From Eledone cirrhosa (Eukaryota), in NCBI GenBank assembly GCA_964016885.1, contig OZ024741.1:372620001-372684000 (forward strand): DNA of 64,000 bases, written 5' to 3'. Every line of letters starts with the position of its first letter. Within the stretch, counting starts at the first letter, position 1. Both the position numbers and the translations under genes were made by a program. The notes beneath the pieces were generated by a model. That model saw only the letters and a list, made by a program, of their open reading frames with translations. It had not been told where the DNA came from and searched no databases. This document shows, piece after piece, positions 62,870-64,000 of the stretch.

Positions 62870-62972
62870 GTATGGACCTTTAAGCAGTGTACGTTGTTTA
62901 CCTGACAGGTTTTGTGCTTTTATAAATTTTAAAACTAAAGAATCAGCTGGTAAAGCTATGAATTCTTTACAG
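62870..62972 (+). CDS. TTC31: TTC31-like exon, RRM (YGPLSSVRCLPDRFCAFINFKTKESAGKAMNSLQ; phase 2 to 0); gene continues beyond the window
   Basis: RNP1-like RFCAFINF; acceptor tacccacag, donor GTAAAT. Confidence 0.94.
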
Positions 62973-63159
62973 GTAAATAACTCTGTTTTTATCCCTCTAT
63001 TATCACCACCATAGTCTTCTTTTTGTATCCTTTACCATCACCTCCAGAGTCCTCTTATTTGAAACTCATTTAACATTTGTTTCTCACTCTTTTCCTCTCT
63101 TTCTGTCTATATTTATGTTTCCATGTATGTTTATGTATTTTCCATTCCTTCATCTTCTC

Positions 63160-63318
63160 ATTCTCTATCTTTCTGTTTCATCTTTTATTTCTCATTCTAT
63201 CTGTTGATGAAGGACTATTGTCCGAAACATTGACTCTTTTCGTACTATATCAAGCATTAAATTAATATTCTTCATAGTACTGTGTTGTTTGCTTTGTTAT
63301 TTCTGTTTACTTTTTGCA
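63160..63318 (+). repeat. Second copy of the hammerhead-like repeat at 3045-3212
   Basis: TTGATGA(63204-63210)-A-GGAC-tatt-GTCC-GAAACATT. Confidence 0.65.
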
Positions 63319-63333
63319 TACACACATGTATGT

Positions 63334-63820
63334 ATCATCATCATCATCATCATCGTTTAACGTCCATCTTCCATGCTTGCATGGGTTTGGACGGGAGTTT
63401 TCCCACTTGAGGCAAGATTGGTTGTCTTGCTCGTATAGGACTGTCTGGCGGGTTTTCTACGGCTGGATGCCCTTCCTAACACCAACCACGTTTACAGTGT
63501 GGGGCTGGGAGGTTTTTACCGTGTTGCCTACACGGCCACATTACAGCATGGACTGTGTGTCTTTTTGTCGTGACACCTACACGACCTCATTTGTTTCGGA
63601 CTGGATGTTGTGGTACTAACATAACTTCACATTGAAGGGGTGGTGTGGCTGGGATGGGGGTAGTGGGACAGGGGTGTATTTTTGTTAGAGGTGCCTACTG
63701 ACTAGGTTTCGCTTTGTACTTAGGCAAGGCGGGTCTTCTGTATTACTGTGTAGCGCCAAAGATCTCAGTCCAGTGACATTGTCTTGGAGAGGTGTAAGTG
63801 TGTGAGGTCGGAATTTATCA
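63334..63820 (-). mobile_element. 5'-truncated RTE 3' end
   Basis: Reverse complement matches 40970-41461; (CAT)n at 63334. Confidence 0.9.
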
Positions 63821-63864
63821 TGTATATATACATATATTTATATATATATATCATAATCATTGTA

Positions 63865-63929
<65 letters not shown>

Positions 63930-64000
63930 TGGGTAACAAATTATTGTTATAGGTAGTCCACTTAGGTGTAGTCCAGTTATGGTACTCCGGGTAGTGGATG

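Overview
AT-rich, repeat-dense eukaryotic (animal) genomic DNA; the repeat landscape suggests a coleoid cephalopod such as an octopus (inference). I traced 17 phase-compatible GT-AG exons on the + strand (7283-62972, 1320 nt, 440 codons, open at both ends). They encode a TTC31-like protein with a charged coiled coil, three TPRs, a UBA-like domain and an RRM. The introns hold a frameshifted CR1/L2-type LINE, many RTE-clade LINE copies (one with an intact 1056-aa ORF carrying a PHD finger inside the RT), tRNA-derived SINEs, a dead mariner, piggyBac-, hAT- and Tc1/pogo-type MITEs and Helitron-like elements. The most notable signal is a set of minimal type I hammerhead ribozyme (HHR) motifs from several unrelated non-coding repeat families. 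One is a 420-bp tandem unit with an intact, dimer-type HHR (retrozyme/Penelope-like) that brackets the intact RTE LINE. All calls were made by eye; no folding, alignment or database search was run.
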